This document shows, piece by piece, positions 61,331-64,000 of a stretch of 64,000 nucleotides of DNA. This stretch comes from Chloroflexota bacterium (GTDB taxonomy: Bacteria > Chloroflexota > Dehalococcoidia > Lucifugimonadales > Australimonadaceae), in contig VXQP01000073.1 of the NCBI GenBank assembly GCA_009838965.1, positions 77,155 to 141,154 of the forward strand, read 5' to 3'. Numbering within the stretch: the stretch's first letter is position 1; every line of letters starts with the position of its first letter. The notes beneath the pieces were generated by a model. It did no database searches. It was not told the origin of the DNA and saw only the letters and a program-made list of their open reading frames with translations. A program made the translations under genes and the position numbers.

Positions 61331-62701
61331 ATGGCTGGGCTGAGAGGCGCCACGATGGTCCTCGGAACGCTGACATTGCTCTCGTTCCTCGCCGGAGTGT
61401 TGGCCGCCTCTGCCTCTGAAGCCCTGATCGCTTTCCTCTGCTTCCTTGTTGCTATGGTCCTGCTGCCCCTCGTCGTGCGGGAACACAGGACCAACGCCGC
61501 CGCTGCCAGGGAGACCCGCGCAGCCGTAGCCGCGATGCGGCGCATCGCCTCAGGAAACTTCGACGTGCGTCCTGAGCGGCTCACCTCCACGACACTGAGC
61601 GGATTGCAAGCGCCGTTCGCTGCCATGACGGAAGCGCTGGCCGCCCTCTTCTCGCAACTTGCCGACCACCGCGAACAACTGTCCGCCGTTCTTGATACCA
61701 TGGCAGACGGCGTCATCCTCGTAGATCCCGATAATCGCATCGCGTTGTCCAACCCCGCCGCCCATGAACTGCTTGGCGTCGAGGTACCCAGGGACACACC
61801 GCTGAGCTCGGTACTGCGCGACCACGAACTGCGGGCCCTTGTAACGCTCTGCAGGGAATCAGACCAGCGCACGTACACGGAACTCGCTCTCGCCAACCCG
61901 CGGCGGAACCTGAGCGCCACCGCGACTCCCATCACCACAACGCCCGCTGAAACCCAACTGGACGAGCAGGAAACCTCTGTCCTCCTGACACTGCATGACC
62001 TCACTCCCCTGCGCCAGTTGGAAACGACGCGGCGCGAGTTCGTCGCCAACGTCTCGCACGAGTTGCGCAATCCCCTGGCGTCGGTCAAAGCGATGGTCGA
62101 GACGCTCGAGGGCGGCGCGGTCAGCGACTCGGCGGCGGCGCCCGATTTCCTCGCTCGCATCAACCGTGAAGTCGACCGCATGAACACCATGGTTAACGAC
62201 CTGCTGGAACTCTCGCGGATCGAGAGCGGGCAGTCGGAGTTACACCGGGAGCCGGTGGACGCCGCTGCCACTATCGCAGCCGTTTGCACCGACCTCGAAC
62301 ACCGCATCGCGGAAACAGGTGTCGAAGTGACCGTCAACATTCCCGGGGGCATTGTCGCGCTGGGAGACGCGGAGAAATTGCAGCAGGTGATTTCCAACCT
62401 GCTAGACAACGCGTTGAAGTTCACCCCGCGCGGAGGAGCGATAGAGCTATGCGCGCGCAATGCCGCGCAGGACTTCGTCCTGGTCGAGGTACGGGACAGC
62501 GGGCCGGGCATCGCGCCGGAGCACCTGCCCCATCTGTTCGAGCGCTTCTACAAGGCGGACCGCTCCCGCGGCAACCAGGGCACGGGGCTTGGCCTCGCGA
62601 TAGCGAAGCACATCGTCGAGATGCACAGTGGAGAGGTCGGTGTCGAGAGTACGCAGGGTACAGGCTCGACATTCTGGTTCACGCTCCCGCGCGCATCCTG
62701 A
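61331..62701 (+). CDS. Sensor histidine kinase (PhoR/SenX3-like)
   Basis: N-terminal TM, HAMP, PAS (DGVILVD), H-box FVANVSHELRNPL, N/G boxes NLLDNALKF, DSGPGI, GTGLGLAI. Confidence 0.9.
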   Translation: MAGLRGATMVLGTLTLLSFLAGVLAASASEALIAFLCFLVAMVLLPLVVREHRTNAAAARETRAAVAAMRRIASGNFDVRPERLTSTTLSGLQAPFAAMTEALAALFSQLADHREQLSAVLDTMADGVILVDPDNRIALSNPAAHELLGVEVPRDTPLSSVLRDHELRALVTLCRESDQRTYTELALANPRRNLSATATPITTTPAETQLDEQETSVLLTLHDLTPLRQLETTRREFVANVSHELRNPLASVKAMVETLEGGAVSDSAAAPDFLARINREVDRMNTMVNDLLELSRIESGQSELHREPVDAAATIAAVCTDLEHRIAETGVEVTVNIPGGIVALGDAEKLQQVISNLLDNALKFTPRGGAIELCARNAAQDFVLVEVRDSGPGIAPEHLPHLFERFYKADRSRGNQGTGLGLAIAKHIVEMHSGEVGVESTQGTGSTFWFTLPRAS

Positions 62702-62735
62702 GATCTTCGCTCTTCCTGCTCTGAGCCGGAACTCC

Positions 62736-62779
62736 CGTCGTTAACGTGCCGATAAAGAACACCTCTGCTCGTCGTTAAC
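62736..62779 (+). promoter_or_regulatory. Perfect 10-nt direct repeat CGTCGTTAAC x2 (62736..62745, 62770..62779) upstream of pstS
   Basis: 34-nt spacing (about three helical turns). Shares the GTTAA core with sites upstream of the response regulator. Confidence 0.45.
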
Positions 62780-62827
62780 CTCGCCTCTTTACGCTGACAA
62801 GCGGAACCCATCCCCAAGGGAGGCAGC

Positions 62828-63781
62828 GTGATACCGACGAGATACGCCAGACTCGGTGGGGTGATGCCGGTGCTGGCTGCGCTTGCGATGCTCGTAAGCG
62901 CGTGCGGCGATTCCTCGCAGAACATGGCAACCGCCGACTCGGACACGCTCAGCGGCACCATCCAGATCGACGGTTCATCGACCGCCTTCCCCGTCTCCCA
63001 GGCCGTCGCCGAGGAGTTCCGCAAGGAACAGCCGAACGTGCAGGTCAACGTCGGCGTCTCAGGCACCGGCGGGGGGTTCAAGCGCTTCACTGTCGGCGAG
63101 ACCGATATCTCCAACGCCTCCCGCCCCATCAAGGACTCCGAGCGCGAGGCTGCCGCGGCCAACGGCATCGAGTTCATCGAGATGCGCATCGGCACCGACG
63201 GACTCTCAGTCATGGTCAACAATGCGAACGACTTCGTCGACTGCCTCACCGTCGAGGAGCTCAACGCTGTCTGGAAGCCCGGCTCCACTATCAACAACTG
63301 GCAGGACGTCCGCGCAGGCTTCCCCGACCAGCGCCTCCGCCTCTATGGCCCAGACACCGACTCCGGCACCTTCGACTACTTCACCGAAGAGGTCAATGGC
63401 GAGGCGCAGGTCTCACGCGCCGACTACACCGCTTCGGCCGACGACAACGTGCTCGTTCAGGGCATCGCGGGCGACCGGGGCTCGCTCGGATACTTCGGAT
63501 ACGCCTACTATCAGGAGAACAAGGAGAGCCTCAAGGTCGTCGCCGTAGATGGCGGCGACGGCTGCGTCACCCCTGAGCCCTCCACCATCGAGGACGGCTC
63601 CTACAAGCCGCTCTCCCGGCCGCTCTTCATATACGTCAACGCGGAGAGCCTGGAGAAGCCCGAAGTGAAGGCGTTCGTAACGTTCTACATGGACCACGGC
63701 TACCAACTGACTGAAGAGGAGGGCTACGTCCCCGTCGAGCGCAGCGTTTACGAAGCCAACAAGGCTGCAGCCGGGCTCTAG
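62828..63781 (+). CDS. pstS: Phosphate ABC transporter substrate-binding protein PstS family
   Basis: LVSACG lipobox, IDGSSTAFPV, SGTGGGFKRF, ISNASRPIK. GTG start with a GGGAGG RBS. Confidence 0.9.
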   Translation: MIPTRYARLGGVMPVLAALAMLVSACGDSSQNMATADSDTLSGTIQIDGSSTAFPVSQAVAEEFRKEQPNVQVNVGVSGTGGGFKRFTVGETDISNASRPIKDSEREAAAANGIEFIEMRIGTDGLSVMVNNANDFVDCLTVEELNAVWKPGSTINNWQDVRAGFPDQRLRLYGPDTDSGTFDYFTEEVNGEAQVSRADYTASADDNVLVQGIAGDRGSLGYFGYAYYQENKESLKVVAVDGGDGCVTPEPSTIEDGSYKPLSRPLFIYVNAESLEKPEVKAFVTFYMDHGYQLTEEEGYVPVERSVYEANKAAAGL

Positions 63782-63843
63782 CGATGTGCCGCTGCCCCAC
63801 CTCCCTTTCTCTCCTCCGGGGCTGGGCGCGACGAGGATAGGCG

Positions 63844-64000
63844 ATGGACACGACGACACGAGATGGCTTTGCAGCACCGATGGGGCAACGCCGGCCGGCC
63901 ATGCAGTTGAGCCGCAACCGCAGGCGAGGTGCGCTGCAGGGCCGCATCGTCCACTGGCTCTTCTTCGCCTGCGCGGCGATGTCCGTCATCACCACTTTCG
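63844..64000 (+). CDS. pstC: Phosphate ABC transporter permease PstC (5' fragment; continues past the window)
   Basis: Own translation MDTTTRDGFAAPMGQRRPAMQLSRNRRRGALQGRIVHWLFFACAAMSVITTF: a basic N-terminus then the first TM. Position after pstS. Confidence 0.6.
   Translation, partial: MDTTTRDGFAAPMGQRRPAMQLSRNRRRGALQGRIVHWLFFACAAMSVITTF

Overview
GC-rich, gene-dense chromosomal window with strong GC3 bias, so nearly every real gene has a long stop-free antisense 'shadow' ORF in the six-frame track. I support about 70 CDSs, one tRNA-Arg(TCT) and a tmRNA (ssrA) directly after smpB. Housekeeping content includes rpiB, a xerC/D-like recombinase, lgt, recJ, fabF, ilvB, pncB/pncA, dapF plus a DapL-type aminotransferase, hflX, an S41 peptidase, a liv-type ABC transporter, dnaN, bcp, modAB, ccdA and phoP/phoR-pstS-pstC. 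The gene content, the DapL route and the type of intergenic repeats suggest a Chloroflexota (Thermomicrobia-like) genome; this is inference only. I saw no CRISPR array, transposase, prophage or recognisable defence system. Six regions deserve a second look. (1) A 13-gene same-strand cluster (25.4-38.2 kb) has a core matching the itaconate/C5-dicarboxylate CoA-ester degradation gene set: family III CoA-transferase, acyl-CoA dehydrogenase, CitE-like lyase, MaoC hydratase and a PrpD-family protein. It is extended by a TcuA-like flavoprotein, an ICL/PEP-mutase enzyme and a PhtD-like protein, and is interrupted by an unknown protein next to a PqqC/TenA-like protein. (2) Two tandem paralogous ferritin-like di-iron proteins sit with an SDR and a small Cys/Trp acidic protein (4.0-6.8 kb). 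(3) Two tandem paralogous Ala/Tyr-rich repeat proteins of unknown family lie at 2.5-3.5 kb. (4) A TGAGC-motif structured intergenic element occurs in two copies (3.8 kb and 35.1 kb, opposite orientation) with a doubly compensatory stem change. (5) A dispersed nested-hairpin REP-like repeat family is present throughout the window. (6) A shared GTTAA direct-repeat motif lies upstream of both phoP and pstS. All functional calls rest on my reading of motifs in the translations; no database search was run.
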